Of a stretch of DNA of 64,000 bases, positions 1 to 10,596 are shown one piece after another. A program made the position numbers and the translations under genes. Numbering within the stretch: the first letter of the stretch is position 1; each line of letters starts with the position of its first letter. Source of the stretch: Chitinophagales bacterium (lineage in GTDB: Bacteria > Bacteroidota > Bacteroidia > Chitinophagales > UBA2359); assembly GCA_041392475.1 (NCBI GenBank), contig JAWKLZ010000003.1, forward strand, positions 853,067 to 917,066, given 5' to 3'. The notes under the pieces are model-generated. The model made no database searches. It had not been told where the DNA came from and saw only the letters and a program-made list of their open reading frames with translations.

Positions 1-1
1 A

Positions 2-445
2 CTCTTGATAAAACGCTGGTTAGAATTGGGATATCACATTATTGTTGAACGTTGTCATTTGGATGATAGGATGTTTATGGACTACCATCTCCAGCAAGAC
101 AACATTACCATTGCAGCGTATGAAGCATTTAGTATGTTAGACCAAACAGACGAATTTCAATTGCCTGACCCCGATTATTATATTTTTTTAGATGTTCCTA
201 CTGAGGTTGCATTGAATCGCTTACAGCACAGTGAACAAGCAAAAGAACGCCCTCAAGAATTTGTAGATATTCACGCTCAAAAACAGTTGATTGAAAAATG
301 GAATCAAATGTATCACAATTATTACGAGCGACTGATAAACGAGAAATACAAAGGAATTCAGTGCAAGCATACCACTTTTTTGCATTGGTCAGCCATTCAA
401 GAACCTACTCATATTGCAAAGCAAATACTTGCTTTCTTATTTTAG
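2..445 (+). CDS. deoxynucleoside kinase family protein, C-terminal part (5' end outside window)
   Basis: The ORF is open to the window edge and its first in-frame codon is TTG. The ER...D / LPxPD / YxxxE pattern and a C-terminal basic patch resemble the dNK/dCK/dGK kinase family. Confidence 0.45.
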   Translation, partial: LLIKRWLELGYHIIVERCHLDDRMFMDYHLQQDNITIAAYEAFSMLDQTDEFQLPDPDYYIFLDVPTEVALNRLQHSEQAKERPQEFVDIHAQKQLIEKWNQMYHNYYERLINEKYKGIQCKHTTFLHWSAIQEPTHIAKQILAFLF

Positions 446-524
446 TACAAAAATACTAAATTTTTTGAAGAATATTAGGTTAAAACTTACATTTGCTTTC
501 ATCATCATTTAATCAGATAATTCT

Positions 525-878
525 ATGAAAAACTTTGTACTACTGACAGCTATCTTAGAAATATTAGCGGGGATTATCCTATTATTTGTACCTCAGATAG
601 TTCCAACTATGGCGGAATCTACTGCAATGGGTTACACCATGGCACGAATGTACGGTGCAGCAGCCCTGGCAATCGGCTATTTTGCCGTACAAGTATGGCG
701 AAATTTTGACAGCCACGATTTGAAGAAAGCTTTCTTGAATACCTTTATCTTGTTTCATACAGGAGTAGCTGTGGCCATATTTATTGCATACAGTGGAGGT
801 GGTGCAAGCGAATTTGCTCCAGGCATATTGCACACAGTACTAGCACTTATTACGATATTTTATTTTGCAAAGAAATAA
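525..878 (+). CDS. small integral membrane protein (3-4 TM helices), function unknown
   Basis: 117 aa with hydrophobic helical segments and no recognisable catalytic motif. Confidence 0.6.
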   Translation: MKNFVLLTAILEILAGIILLFVPQIVPTMAESTAMGYTMARMYGAAALAIGYFAVQVWRNFDSHDLKKAFLNTFILFHTGVAVAIFIAYSGGGASEFAPGILHTVLALITIFYFAKK

Positions 879-983
879 GTGAGGAATGAAAACTAAAATA
901 AGAAGAAACATATAAAGTACTTAAAAATCAGTTTTTTATGAAATTGATTTGGGCATTTATTTTGAAGCGTTCCGATAAAAAAA

Positions 984-1040
984 AACACTTTGCTCTAAGC
1001 GTAGAATATTTTTAAAATTCTATGTTTACAGCAAAGTGTT
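984..1040. terminator. nested inverted repeat between convergent genes (possible bidirectional terminator)
   Basis: aacactttgct ... agcaaagtgtt 11-bp arms enclose an inner tagaat/attcta hairpin. It lies between the 3' ends of 525..878(+) and 1085..1555(-). Confidence 0.3.
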
Positions 1041-1084
1041 AATTAACTGTTCTTCAAACCAAGAACATACGAGTTGGGATGAGT

Positions 1085-1555
1085 TTACAGTTTAGGCCAT
1101 ATAAAAGTATCATCGTTTTTCCAGAAAGGGCCAAATTCTATTTCATAGACTTCGTCATCTTCGAGCCAAATACTCACATTGACTTTGTCGAACCAGATAA
1201 CTTCAATAACGACATCGTCATCTTCTGGACTAATGTCTTCCAGTTCTGGTTCTCCCCATTCTAAGTTTTCGACAAAATCAAAGACTTTTTGCTTGCTTAA
1301 GCCAACACGTATAAGTCTTTCTACTGTAATGTCTTCTGCGTTAATAGAAACACTGGTTAGTTTAAAATTATCGACAGAACCGAAATCAAAAAGTAAGCCT
1401 AATTCCTCATAGACTAAAGTCTGGGTAGTGCTACCATCGTCGTGTGTTTCTTGTTCAGTGTCATCGGGCTGTCCCAATATATTCACAATGTCAGAAGAAA
1501 CCATACCGAACTTAATGTCGCCGATACCTGTACCGAGTTTTACTCTCCTAGTCAT
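1085..1555 (-). CDS. acidic hypothetical protein
   Basis: 156-aa ORF with consistent coding periodicity, D/E-rich, no motif recognised. Confidence 0.55.
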   Translation of the reverse strand: MTRRVKLGTGIGDIKFGMVSSDIVNILGQPDDTEQETHDDGSTTQTLVYEELGLLFDFGSVDNFKLTSVSINAEDITVERLIRVGLSKQKVFDFVENLEWGEPELEDISPEDDDVVIEVIWFDKVNVSIWLEDDEVYEIEFGPFWKNDDTFIWPKL

Positions 1556-1823
1556 TTTTAAATTGTCTATTTAATATTTTGGTGATTGAAAAAACAAAAA
1601 TACAAGATATAAAGAAAGCTTCCAATTTAAAGCACAATTGAAGAAATAATATGCTAAAGCTTTAAAAAAACACAAAGACATTCACAAAATAGCTGCCAAA
1701 TATTACAAAAGCAACATTTTTAAAAGCATTTGAGACAAAATAATGACCTGAAACGCTAAAAGTAGCGTAAATTTGTTCTGCCTGAAACAAGTAGATTTTT
1801 TTTAATCCTAAAAAATATTAAAC

Positions 1824-2588
1824 ATGGCACAAGGTTTTTTAATAGACATGGACGGCGTTATTTACAGTGGAGAAGAACTTATTCCTGGAGCAAAGGAATT
1901 CATTGATCGACTAGAAGCCAAAAACATCCCCTATCTTTTTTTGACCAACAACAGTCAAAGAAGTCGCCGGGATGTAGTCAATAAGTTGGCACGTTTGGGC
2001 ATTGATGTAGAAGAAAAGAATGTATTCAACAGTGCAATGGCCACAGCAAGATTTTTAGCACATCGAAAACCACATGGCACAGCGTATGTGTTGGGAGAAG
2101 GTGGATTATTGACTAGCTTGCATAAAAATGGCTACGAGTTGGTTTTGCAGAATCCCGATTTTGTAGTAGTAGGAGAGGGGCGCAATTTCACCCTCGAAAT
2201 GGTCAACAATGCCGTAGATATGATTTTGGCAGGTGCAAAACTCATAGCAACCAATCTCGACCCCTCTCCAAAAAAGAAAGGTTGGAATAACTTGGGTATC
2301 AAAGCAGTAGTGTCTATGATAGAAGAAGCAACGGGTAGAAAAGCTTTTTCAGTAGGAAAACCCAGCCCTGTTATGATGCGTGCTGCTCGTAAAGAATTGG
2401 GACTAAGCACAGAAGAAACAACAATGATTGGAGATACTTTGGGCACGGATATTTTGGGCGGTATTCAGATGGGTTATCGTACCATTTTGTGCTTGACAGG
2501 TGTATCCAAACGAAAGGATTTGGAAAACTCAGCTTTCGTTCCAGACATTATCGTTGATTCAGTGGCTGATATTGTACTTCCTGATTAA
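1824..2588 (+). CDS. HAD-IIA family hydrolase (NagD-like sugar-phosphatase family)
   Basis: N-terminal DMDGV motif, LTNNS, GKP and a C-terminal GD...D motif. Length 254 aa. Confidence 0.8.
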   Translation: MAQGFLIDMDGVIYSGEELIPGAKEFIDRLEAKNIPYLFLTNNSQRSRRDVVNKLARLGIDVEEKNVFNSAMATARFLAHRKPHGTAYVLGEGGLLTSLHKNGYELVLQNPDFVVVGEGRNFTLEMVNNAVDMILAGAKLIATNLDPSPKKKGWNNLGIKAVVSMIEEATGRKAFSVGKPSPVMMRAARKELGLSTEETTMIGDTLGTDILGGIQMGYRTILCLTGVSKRKDLENSAFVPDIIVDSVADIVLPD

Positions 2589-2605
2589 AACACTATCTTT
2601 ATGCC

Positions 2606-4423
2606 ATGAACTTACTTCGAAAAAGGACATGGTCAAAGCTACTATTTTTATGGGTAATGGTCATTGTTGGGGAAATGCAAGTGCTTGCTAACCAGCAACG
2701 ATACCAAATAACCATTCACCTCAATGACCAACCCAATACTTCAATAAAAGTAAGTGTAATTCCTCCAAAAATTGAAGCCAAATTTGCCACCTATGTTTTT
2801 CCCAGTGGTGAGTTTGGCACACAATCATCCGTACCCATACAAGCCCGTTTAGAACGATTTGAACCGTTAGATGAATACGGTAAAATACTGCCCTTCAAAT
2901 ATGTACAAAACGATGGCATTGAAATCAGCAAAGCCCATAAATTGAAGCGAATAGACTATTGGTTAAAACCCGATTTTCCGAGTGTTTCTAAAAGTAAAAC
3001 ACCTGCTTACCTTATCAGTCACCGTGGATTCTATGCTTATTTTCATGGACTTCATCAGTTGCCCTTTGAAGTAAGTATAGAAAAGCCGAAACACCTATAT
3101 GGTGCTACCTCATTGAAAGCCAAAGCGAAGTCTGATAGCGTGGATGTTTTTGAAGTGAAAAATTACCTCGACCTCTTCAAAAATCCCATTCTATATGCCA
3201 AACCCGATACCATTAGTTTTTCATTGAAAGGCAATACCCGTATTCACATTGCAGCTTATTCCGAAAGCGGAAATATTACTACCCGCACGCTTTATTATGA
3301 CTTAAAAAAAGTGGTGCAATCCGTAGCCGATTTTATGGGTGATTTACCTTTATCAGAATACACCTTTGTGTTGTATTTTGCCGACCCTTCGCTTGCTGCA
3401 AATAGTGGATTGGCTCAGTATGGCGGGTTGATGTGCGGAAGTTCTTCCTTCTATCTACTACCCGAAATCAAAAATGGCAAAAGTCTCAAAAAAATCGTAC
3501 AACGCATTGCAAGCCACGAACTTTTGCACCTATTGACTCCTTACAGTCTGCACAGCGAAAAAGTACACTTAGCAGGATTTGGGCATCGAGAAATGTCCAA
3601 ACATCTTTGGCTATATGAAGGTGTAACAGAGTATTTTACTTTGCTTTCGATGCTGCGGAGCGAGCTGATGGATGAACAAACGTTTTTTGCAGAAATCAGT
3701 AAAAAACTCAAAATGACAGATGCCTTTTCCAAGCGTTCTCTTACGAATATGAGTGAATACATTTTTGCTGAAAAAAATCAAAACAAACATGCTTACTTGT
3801 ACCAGCAAGGTGCGTTGGTTGCCTTTGCGTTGGACATAGAAATTCAACGGTTGACCAATGGTAAAACCAGTCTTCTTGCTATCATTCGTCAATTGGCTGC
3901 CAAATACGGTGTTCATCAATCTTTTGAAGAAGAAAATCTATTTGACGAAATCGTACGTCTTTCTCATCCTCAGATTGCAGATTTTATAGCGCAATACATT
4001 GAAGGAAAAAAAAGAGTACCTTTTTCTCAATTGGCTGCAAGTATTGGTATGAGCTATTTGGAAGAATACATTGAAGAAGCGGGAACTTTTGGTCGTTTTT
4101 CGGTTTTTCCCGACTACAAAAAAGGGCAAATCCGTTTTCACAAAGTGCTTCAAAACGAACTCAACATTGCCGATGGAGATGTAATCGTAACCATAGACAA
4201 TACACCCATCCAAACCTCCAACATCAACGACTATCTTCCTCAACTATACGACCCACTCCCTCGTACTTCAATGCAATTGGTGGTATTGCGAAATGGCACA
4301 CGCACCAAATTGCAGGGAATATCTGCACCTATTTTTAGGCGTTATCGGCATTGGTGGGGAGAAAGTAGGATGCCATTGAAGGAAGAAAAAAACTTGAAGG
4401 AGAGTGTTTTGTATGGAAAATAA
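2606..4423 (+). CDS. M61 family (glycyl aminopeptidase-like) zinc metallopeptidase with C-terminal PDZ domain
   Basis: Signal peptide, then HELLH followed about 23 residues later by EGVTEY (third zinc ligand). A C-terminal GDVIVTIDN PDZ-like segment is present. Confidence 0.7.
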   Translation: MNLLRKRTWSKLLFLWVMVIVGEMQVLANQQRYQITIHLNDQPNTSIKVSVIPPKIEAKFATYVFPSGEFGTQSSVPIQARLERFEPLDEYGKILPFKYVQNDGIEISKAHKLKRIDYWLKPDFPSVSKSKTPAYLISHRGFYAYFHGLHQLPFEVSIEKPKHLYGATSLKAKAKSDSVDVFEVKNYLDLFKNPILYAKPDTISFSLKGNTRIHIAAYSESGNITTRTLYYDLKKVVQSVADFMGDLPLSEYTFVLYFADPSLAANSGLAQYGGLMCGSSSFYLLPEIKNGKSLKKIVQRIASHELLHLLTPYSLHSEKVHLAGFGHREMSKHLWLYEGVTEYFTLLSMLRSELMDEQTFFAEISKKLKMTDAFSKRSLTNMSEYIFAEKNQNKHAYLYQQGALVAFALDIEIQRLTNGKTSLLAIIRQLAAKYGVHQSFEEENLFDEIVRLSHPQIADFIAQYIEGKKRVPFSQLAASIGMSYLEEYIEEAGTFGRFSVFPDYKKGQIRFHKVLQNELNIADGDVIVTIDNTPIQTSNINDYLPQLYDPLPRTSMQLVVLRNGTRTKLQGISAPIFRRYRHWWGESRMPLKEEKNLKESVLYGK

Positions 4424-4647
4424 ATAATTTTTTCTTTTATTGCGAATAAAATGTCATCCTTCAAACGATACCTAATTAGAGTTAAAGAGTGTGAAAATGT
4501 CGTCAAAAAAATTAATTTCACAGGGCGATTTTCATTTTTCTCATTTCTTTTGGTATTATTGTCTGTTGAAATAAAGCCTTATCGCAACAAGCGTAGAGGT
4601 TTTTGTACTCCAAAAACAATAAAATAATTCACTAAATAGAGTCTTTT

Positions 4648-6621
4648 ATGAAACAATTCAACAAAAAATTTCGGCTGATGTGCTTATCGGTCTTCGCACT
4701 TGGCTTTTTGATAGCATGTGGTGGCGGTACGAACGACTACAAAGTAGTAGAAACAGATGATAACAAAACAACTACAAAATCTTTTGAAGTAGATGAAAGT
4801 GGTGCAGACCCTTCTGTAACAGCAGAAATGGGAGGCAAAGGTTTTGGCGCAATCTCAGATTCTCTTGGTTTTGTGACAAGCAGTGACTTTAATAAAGTAG
4901 GAGCAGCAGAAGCCAAAAAAGGAGGTAATCTTACCATGGCTTGGGTAGATATGCCCAAAACACTACGATATATAGGAAAGGATGCAAATACTTTGGATAA
5001 TTGGCTGGTAAGCAGTTTGGTATATGAAGGTTTGTTGGGGCAAAATACCAAAACTCAGGAGTTTTTGCCAGGGTTGGCTTCTCACTGGAAGGTGTCGGAA
5101 GACAAAATGACCTATTTGTTTCGCATTGACCCACGAGCACGTTGGGCAGATGATCAGCCAGTAGTAGCCGAAGATGTGGTGGAAAGTTGGAAAATCAGGG
5201 TAGATCCAGGTATCGAATCCCCTTCTACCAATGGAACATACTTAGAGAATTATGAAGAGCCAAAAGCACTGAGTAAGTACATGGTAGAACTCAAATTGAA
5301 GAAAGAAAACTGGCGCAGTATCCTCTATTTTAGTGGAATGCCTATTTTTCCTGCCCACTATTTGAAGCGTGTGGAAGGTGGTGCTGGTTTTATCAAAAAA
5401 TACCAGTGGGAGATGATTCCAGGTTCAGGAGCTTATGAAATGGATTTGCAGCGGTCTCCTCGCAATGAACAAGTTGTATTGAAGCGCAGAGAAAACTATT
5501 GGGGCTATGCCCATCCTTCAAATGAGGGCTTATACAATTTTGATGAAATCAAATTTATCAAGGTTGCTGATGATAAATTGCGGTTCGAAAAATTCAAAAA
5601 AGGAGAATTTGACCTCTATCAAGTAGGCAGAGCGCAATGGTGGGTAGAAGAATTGAACCCTGAAAAAATGGATGAAATCAAACGTGGATTGATTCAAAAA
5701 CGCAAAATTTACAACTTTGAAGCCTCTGGTTTTTCGGGATTGGCCTTTAATATGAGAGAAGCTCCCTTCAATGATATTCGTGTGCGACAAGCCATGGGAT
5801 ATCTTTGGAATATACCCGAACTGAACGAAAAATTGTTTTTCAACGAATATGCCCAATGTGTGTCTTATTTTGAAGGTACACCTTTTGCAAATCCCAACAA
5901 CCCAGTACCTACTTACAATCCTGATAAAGCGATAGAACTACTGGAAGCTTCTGGTTGGAAGAAAAAAGCTGGAGACAAATGGTTGTCTAACAACAAAGGA
6001 GAAATCTTTGAAGTGGACATGGATATTCTTCAAAGTTTGGAGCGAATTTTTACCCCTCTTCAACAGGATTTGGAAAAAGTGGGTATCAAAATGAATTTGG
6101 TTATTACCGACCCACAAACCCGCTTCAACAAAGTATTGGAACGTCAATTCAAACTTGGATATCAAAGTTGGGGTGGTTTGAACATTCCGAATCCCGAAAC
6201 TTCAATGCACTCTAAATATGCTGACCCTCCACAAACCAACAACATCACAGGCTTGAAATCACCTGAAATTGATGCACTTTGCGCTCGATATGATGAGTCT
6301 TGGGATCCAGAAGAGCGCAAACAAATCTTGCGAGATATTGACAGCATCGCTGTTAATACGCATGAATATGCTTTTGGATGGGGCGCACCTTATACCTTCC
6401 GTTGTGCGTATTGGAACAAATTTGATATGCCAGAATGGGGTTTTCCATACCAAGGAAATTTGAATTACGAATATGCCTTTGCCTCTTGGTGGTTTGATGA
6501 AGAAAAAGCGGCGATGCTCGAAAAAGCACGAAAAGACGAAAGTTTGACCATGCCTATTGAGCCAGTCGAAATAGATTATTGGGGGCGTAAAAGTGGAGTG
6601 GTCTCACAACCTAATCCCTAA
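4648..6621 (+). CDS. ABC transporter substrate-binding lipoprotein, family 5 (OppA/YejA-like peptide-binding), paralog 1
   Basis: Lipobox LIACGGG, 657 aa, SBP_bac_5-like length and motifs. About 85-90% identical to the next gene. Confidence 0.8.
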   Translation: MKQFNKKFRLMCLSVFALGFLIACGGGTNDYKVVETDDNKTTTKSFEVDESGADPSVTAEMGGKGFGAISDSLGFVTSSDFNKVGAAEAKKGGNLTMAWVDMPKTLRYIGKDANTLDNWLVSSLVYEGLLGQNTKTQEFLPGLASHWKVSEDKMTYLFRIDPRARWADDQPVVAEDVVESWKIRVDPGIESPSTNGTYLENYEEPKALSKYMVELKLKKENWRSILYFSGMPIFPAHYLKRVEGGAGFIKKYQWEMIPGSGAYEMDLQRSPRNEQVVLKRRENYWGYAHPSNEGLYNFDEIKFIKVADDKLRFEKFKKGEFDLYQVGRAQWWVEELNPEKMDEIKRGLIQKRKIYNFEASGFSGLAFNMREAPFNDIRVRQAMGYLWNIPELNEKLFFNEYAQCVSYFEGTPFANPNNPVPTYNPDKAIELLEASGWKKKAGDKWLSNNKGEIFEVDMDILQSLERIFTPLQQDLEKVGIKMNLVITDPQTRFNKVLERQFKLGYQSWGGLNIPNPETSMHSKYADPPQTNNITGLKSPEIDALCARYDESWDPEERKQILRDIDSIAVNTHEYAFGWGAPYTFRCAYWNKFDMPEWGFPYQGNLNYEYAFASWWFDEEKAAMLEKARKDESLTMPIEPVEIDYWGRKSGVVSQPNP

Positions 6622-6637
6622 TTATTTTTAAATATCT

Positions 6638-6679
6638 AAGTACCAAACCCAAATCAATTTTGATTTGGGTTTGGTACTT
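6638..6679 (+). terminator. perfect 19-bp stem hairpin between the two paralogous SBP genes
   Basis: aagtaccaaacccaaatca / attt / tgatttgggtttggtactt, with no strong T-run. It could act as an intercistronic attenuator or RNA-processing site. Confidence 0.45.
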
Positions 6680-6782
6680 AATACTTTTACTTAGCGAATT
6701 TTCTTACAGGGTAATTTTCCATTTTTTTTCTGTATTATTGCCCTTTAATCTCGATGGTTTCAAAATAAAATAGTGTAAGAAC

Positions 6783-8753
6783 ATGCAGATAATAAAGACT
6801 CAGATCCAATTTGTAGGGATGTTACTTTTATCTATAGCCATGCTTGTTGCTTGTAGCAGTGGAGGTAGTCAATATGAGCCTGTTGCTACCGATCAAGTAG
6901 GTGCAAAAAAAACGACAATAATAGATGAGAGTGGTGCAGACCCTTCGGTAACAGCAGAATTAGGTGGAAAAGGTTTTGGTGAATTGGCTGATTCTTTGGG
7001 ATTTGTGACCAGCGATGATTATAACCTCACAGGCTCACCTGATGCCAAAAAAGGGGGAAACATTACAATGGCTTGGGTGGATATGCCCAAAACGCTTCGG
7101 TACATTGGTAAAGATGCAAATACAAGTGAAAACTGGATTGTGAGTAGTTTGGTATATGAAGGTTTGTTGAATAACAATACCAAAACACAAGAATTTTTGC
7201 CTGCATTGGCTTCACATTGGAAGGTATCGGAGGATAAAATGACCTATTGGTTCCGTATTGATCCTCGTGCACGTTGGGCTGATGGACAGCCAGTTGTTGC
7301 AGAAGATGTGGTGGAAAGTTGGAAAATCAGAATTGACCCAGGTATTGAATCCCCTTCAACCAATGGGACGTATGAAGAAAACTACGAAGAACCGAAGGCT
7401 TTGAGTAAGTACATGGTGGAGCTGAAATTGAAGAAAGAAAACTGGCGCAGTATTTTGTATTTCAGTGGAATGCCTATTTTTCCTGCTCACTATTTGAAGC
7501 GTGTGGAAGGTGGTGCTGGTTTTATCAAAAAATATCAATGGGAGATGATTCCTGGTTCTGGTCCTTATCAATTGGATTTGGAGCGATCGCCTCGTAATGA
7601 ACAAGTTTTATTGACACGTAGAGATGATTATTGGGGCTATGCCCATCCTGCAAATGAGGGCTTATACAATTTTGATGAAATCAAATTTATCAAGGTTGCT
7701 GATGATAAATTGCGTTTTGAAAAATTCAAAAAAGGAGAGTTTGACCTCTACACAGTTGCACGAGCTCAGTGGTGGGTAGAAGAATTGAACGCCGAAAAAT
7801 TGGAGGAGATAGAACGTGGATTGATTCAAAAACGCAAAATTTATAACTTTGAAGCATCTGGTTTTTCAGGTTTGGGCTTCAATACCCGTGAAGCTCCCTT
7901 CAATGACCTTCGTGTGCGACAAGCCTTTGGTTATTTGTGGAATATTGATGAACTGAATGAGAAATTATTCTTCAATGAATATGCCAAATGTTCGTCTTAC
8001 TTTGAAGGAACGCCTTTTGCCAACCCAAGCAACCCCAAACCAAGTTATGACCCAGACAAAGCGGTGAAATTATTGGAGGAAGCAGGCTGGAAAAAAGCGT
8101 CAGATAGTAAATGGTTGGCGAATGCAAAAGGAGAAATTTTTGAAGTGGACATGCACATTCTTCAAAGTTTTGAACGTATTTTTACTCCTTTCCAACAAGA
8201 CCTCGAAAAAGCAGGTATCAAGTTTAACTTGGTGATTACGGATCCGCAAACACAGTTTTCTAAGGTGTTGGAACGCCAATTCAAAGTGAGTTACATGAAT
8301 TGGGGAGGATTAAACATTCCGAATCCCGAAACTTCAATGCACTCCAAATATGCCGATCCTCCACAGACCAACAATATTGCAGGGATGAAAGTACCTGAGG
8401 TGGATAAACTTTGCGAGCGATATGATGAATCTTGGGATCCTGCTGAACGCCAACAAATTTTGCGTCAGATTGATAGCATTGCATATGCGGGACAGTATTA
8501 TGCGTTTGGATGGGGAGCGCCTTATACCTATCGTTGTGCTTATTGGAACAAGTTTGATACGCCTGAATGGGGATTACCTCATCAAGCCAACTTGAGCTAC
8601 GAATATGTATTTGCATCGTGGTGGTTTGACGAGGCGAAGGCTGCAAAATTGAAGCAAGCAATGGAGGACAAAAGCATTAAAATGGAAACGAAGCCCGTTG
8701 AAGTGGATTATTGGGGGAGAAAAAGTGGGGCTGTTTCGCAGCCAAATCCATAA
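6783..8753 (+). CDS. ABC transporter substrate-binding lipoprotein, family 5, paralog 2
   Basis: Lipobox LVACSSGG, 656 aa, near-identical to 4648..6621 over most of its length. Confidence 0.8.
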   Translation: MQIIKTQIQFVGMLLLSIAMLVACSSGGSQYEPVATDQVGAKKTTIIDESGADPSVTAELGGKGFGELADSLGFVTSDDYNLTGSPDAKKGGNITMAWVDMPKTLRYIGKDANTSENWIVSSLVYEGLLNNNTKTQEFLPALASHWKVSEDKMTYWFRIDPRARWADGQPVVAEDVVESWKIRIDPGIESPSTNGTYEENYEEPKALSKYMVELKLKKENWRSILYFSGMPIFPAHYLKRVEGGAGFIKKYQWEMIPGSGPYQLDLERSPRNEQVLLTRRDDYWGYAHPANEGLYNFDEIKFIKVADDKLRFEKFKKGEFDLYTVARAQWWVEELNAEKLEEIERGLIQKRKIYNFEASGFSGLGFNTREAPFNDLRVRQAFGYLWNIDELNEKLFFNEYAKCSSYFEGTPFANPSNPKPSYDPDKAVKLLEEAGWKKASDSKWLANAKGEIFEVDMHILQSFERIFTPFQQDLEKAGIKFNLVITDPQTQFSKVLERQFKVSYMNWGGLNIPNPETSMHSKYADPPQTNNIAGMKVPEVDKLCERYDESWDPAERQQILRQIDSIAYAGQYYAFGWGAPYTYRCAYWNKFDTPEWGLPHQANLSYEYVFASWWFDEAKAAKLKQAMEDKSIKMETKPVEVDYWGRKSGAVSQPNP

Positions 8754-8800
8754 TGGATGAATGAAAACAAAAGCGAAAATTAAAATAAAAATTAAAAAAA

Positions 8801-10513
8801 ATGTTCAAATATATACTCAAGCGTTTGTTATTGATGATTCCGACCTTTATTGGTGCAACATTGCTTGTATTTTTGATATTGGCGTTGGTGCCTGGTGGTC
8901 CGTTTGAAAAGGCTGTTTTTCAATTGCAAGCTGCACAAATGTCGTCGGGTGAAGGTGGTGGTGGTTCGAGTAGTGTGGAAGGGAGCAATCAGCTTTCAAC
9001 GGAAGTATTGGATCAACTTCGACGACAGTATGGTTTGGATAAACCTTTGATGGTTCGCTATTTGATTTGGTTGGGTCTGTATCCTCGTGAAATCAAAGGC
9101 AAGAAAATAGCCTACAACAAACCTTTTCGGGAAAACTTGGAGTACTTCAAAACTGGTGAGCGCAGCCGTACTTATGAACTTCAACGATGGGTTCGGGTGA
9201 GAAAAGAAGGTGATAAGGAGATAATAGAAGTTAGTGGTGTGGGAACAGATTTTAAGGTATCGGAAGGACCTTATAGTAAGTTCCCTGAATTGCCTTTTGC
9301 AGATGCTATTCCTAACTGGTATCCAAATGATGAATGGAAAATCAGGGAAGTGATGGATGTATATGAGGTGAAAGATACGAGTGTAAATGTGAGTAAGAAC
9401 ATTGAAGTAAATAAGGATTTTGAAAAGTCTTTCTTTACCAAGTCCACAGAAACTCTTGAAATTCAAGAAGACGGAAAGGCAGAAGGCTACAATAAGGTGA
9501 CATGGGTGAGGGTAACTCGTGAGAATGGGAAATTGAAGACCGAAGAAGGAGTGGTGACTTCTCGCATCAGTAGAGATGGTGAGAAAGTATCAACGCATTT
9601 GGTACAGTCAGATGGGAGCATTAAAAAAGTACCTTATGAGCGAGATAAACAATTATACGATTACATTACGGAATGGAAACCTGCGAACAACTGGCAGATT
9701 GCAGTAACTGAAAAATTGGCGAATCCTACACAAACGGCGTTTAGCGGAATTTTCACGGGAGATTTTGGTACTTCTTATGTATATGATCAACCTGTATTGA
9801 GTTTGATTCGTGAAAGACTACCTATTTCTATGTATTTTGGGATTATTGGTTTTCTCTTGACTTATCTGATATGTATTCCTTTGGGGATTATGAAAGCGGT
9901 GCGGCACAATACGCCCTTTGATTTTGTATCGAGTGCTATTGTATTTATGGGATATGCTGTTCCTGGTTATGCTTTTGGTGCATTGATGTTGGTATTGTTT
10001 GGAGGGGGTACATTTATGGATATTTTTCCTTTAGGGGGATTCCATTCACCTACCGAAGTTTGGGAGAAAATGACTTTTATTCAAAAGGTTGCCGATCAAT
10101 TGCACCACACATTTTTGCCTGTATTGTCGTATATGTTGGGCAGTTTTGCGTTTTTGACGATCCTGATGAAAAACTCTTTGATGGACAACTTGGGGCAAGA
10201 CTATATCCGAACAGCCTTTGCGAAAGGACTGGACGAGAAGAAGGTGATTTATTTGCACGCAGTTAGAAATTCCTTGATTCCATTGGCAACGGGTATTGGA
10301 GGTATTATCGGTTTATTTTTGGCAGGTTCTTACTTGATAGAACTGGTCTTCAATATTGACGGAATCGGTAAGCTGGGTTTTGAAGCGATTGTGAGTGTGG
10401 ACTATCCTGTATTCTTGGGTTTCTTGGTACTGTTTATCATCGTCCGATTGTTTGGGAATCTTATTTCGGATATGTGTTATGTTGCAGTAGATCCACGAAT
10501 CAAGTTTGATTAA
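8801..10513 (+). CDS. ABC transporter permease (OppB/YejB-like) with a large extracytoplasmic insertion of about 200 aa
   Basis: N-terminal TM helix plus PGGP motif as in YejB/OppB. BPD_transp_1 core at the C-terminus (EAA-like loop around AFAKGLDEKKVIYLHAVRN). Residues about 95-300 form an extra hydrophilic domain. Confidence 0.8.
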   Translation: MFKYILKRLLLMIPTFIGATLLVFLILALVPGGPFEKAVFQLQAAQMSSGEGGGGSSSVEGSNQLSTEVLDQLRRQYGLDKPLMVRYLIWLGLYPREIKGKKIAYNKPFRENLEYFKTGERSRTYELQRWVRVRKEGDKEIIEVSGVGTDFKVSEGPYSKFPELPFADAIPNWYPNDEWKIREVMDVYEVKDTSVNVSKNIEVNKDFEKSFFTKSTETLEIQEDGKAEGYNKVTWVRVTRENGKLKTEEGVVTSRISRDGEKVSTHLVQSDGSIKKVPYERDKQLYDYITEWKPANNWQIAVTEKLANPTQTAFSGIFTGDFGTSYVYDQPVLSLIRERLPISMYFGIIGFLLTYLICIPLGIMKAVRHNTPFDFVSSAIVFMGYAVPGYAFGALMLVLFGGGTFMDIFPLGGFHSPTEVWEKMTFIQKVADQLHHTFLPVLSYMLGSFAFLTILMKNSLMDNLGQDYIRTAFAKGLDEKKVIYLHAVRNSLIPLATGIGGIIGLFLAGSYLIELVFNIDGIGKLGFEAIVSVDYPVFLGFLVLFIIVRLFGNLISDMCYVAVDPRIKFD

Positions 10514-10596
10514 AAGTAAGGAATCAAGATTTAAAATAACAATGAAAATTAAAAAAATAACCTTGTCATCAGGTTGTTTGAAAATCTAATCAAAAT

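Noticed and set aside
4931-5140. Conserved antisense ORFs inside both SBP paralogs (4931..5140 and 7063..7272 both give ...WYFAPTNLHIPN...-like peptides)
   Set aside because: Conservation is a by-product of the recent duplication of the sense-strand SBP genes. Both lie fully inside strongly supported CDSs.
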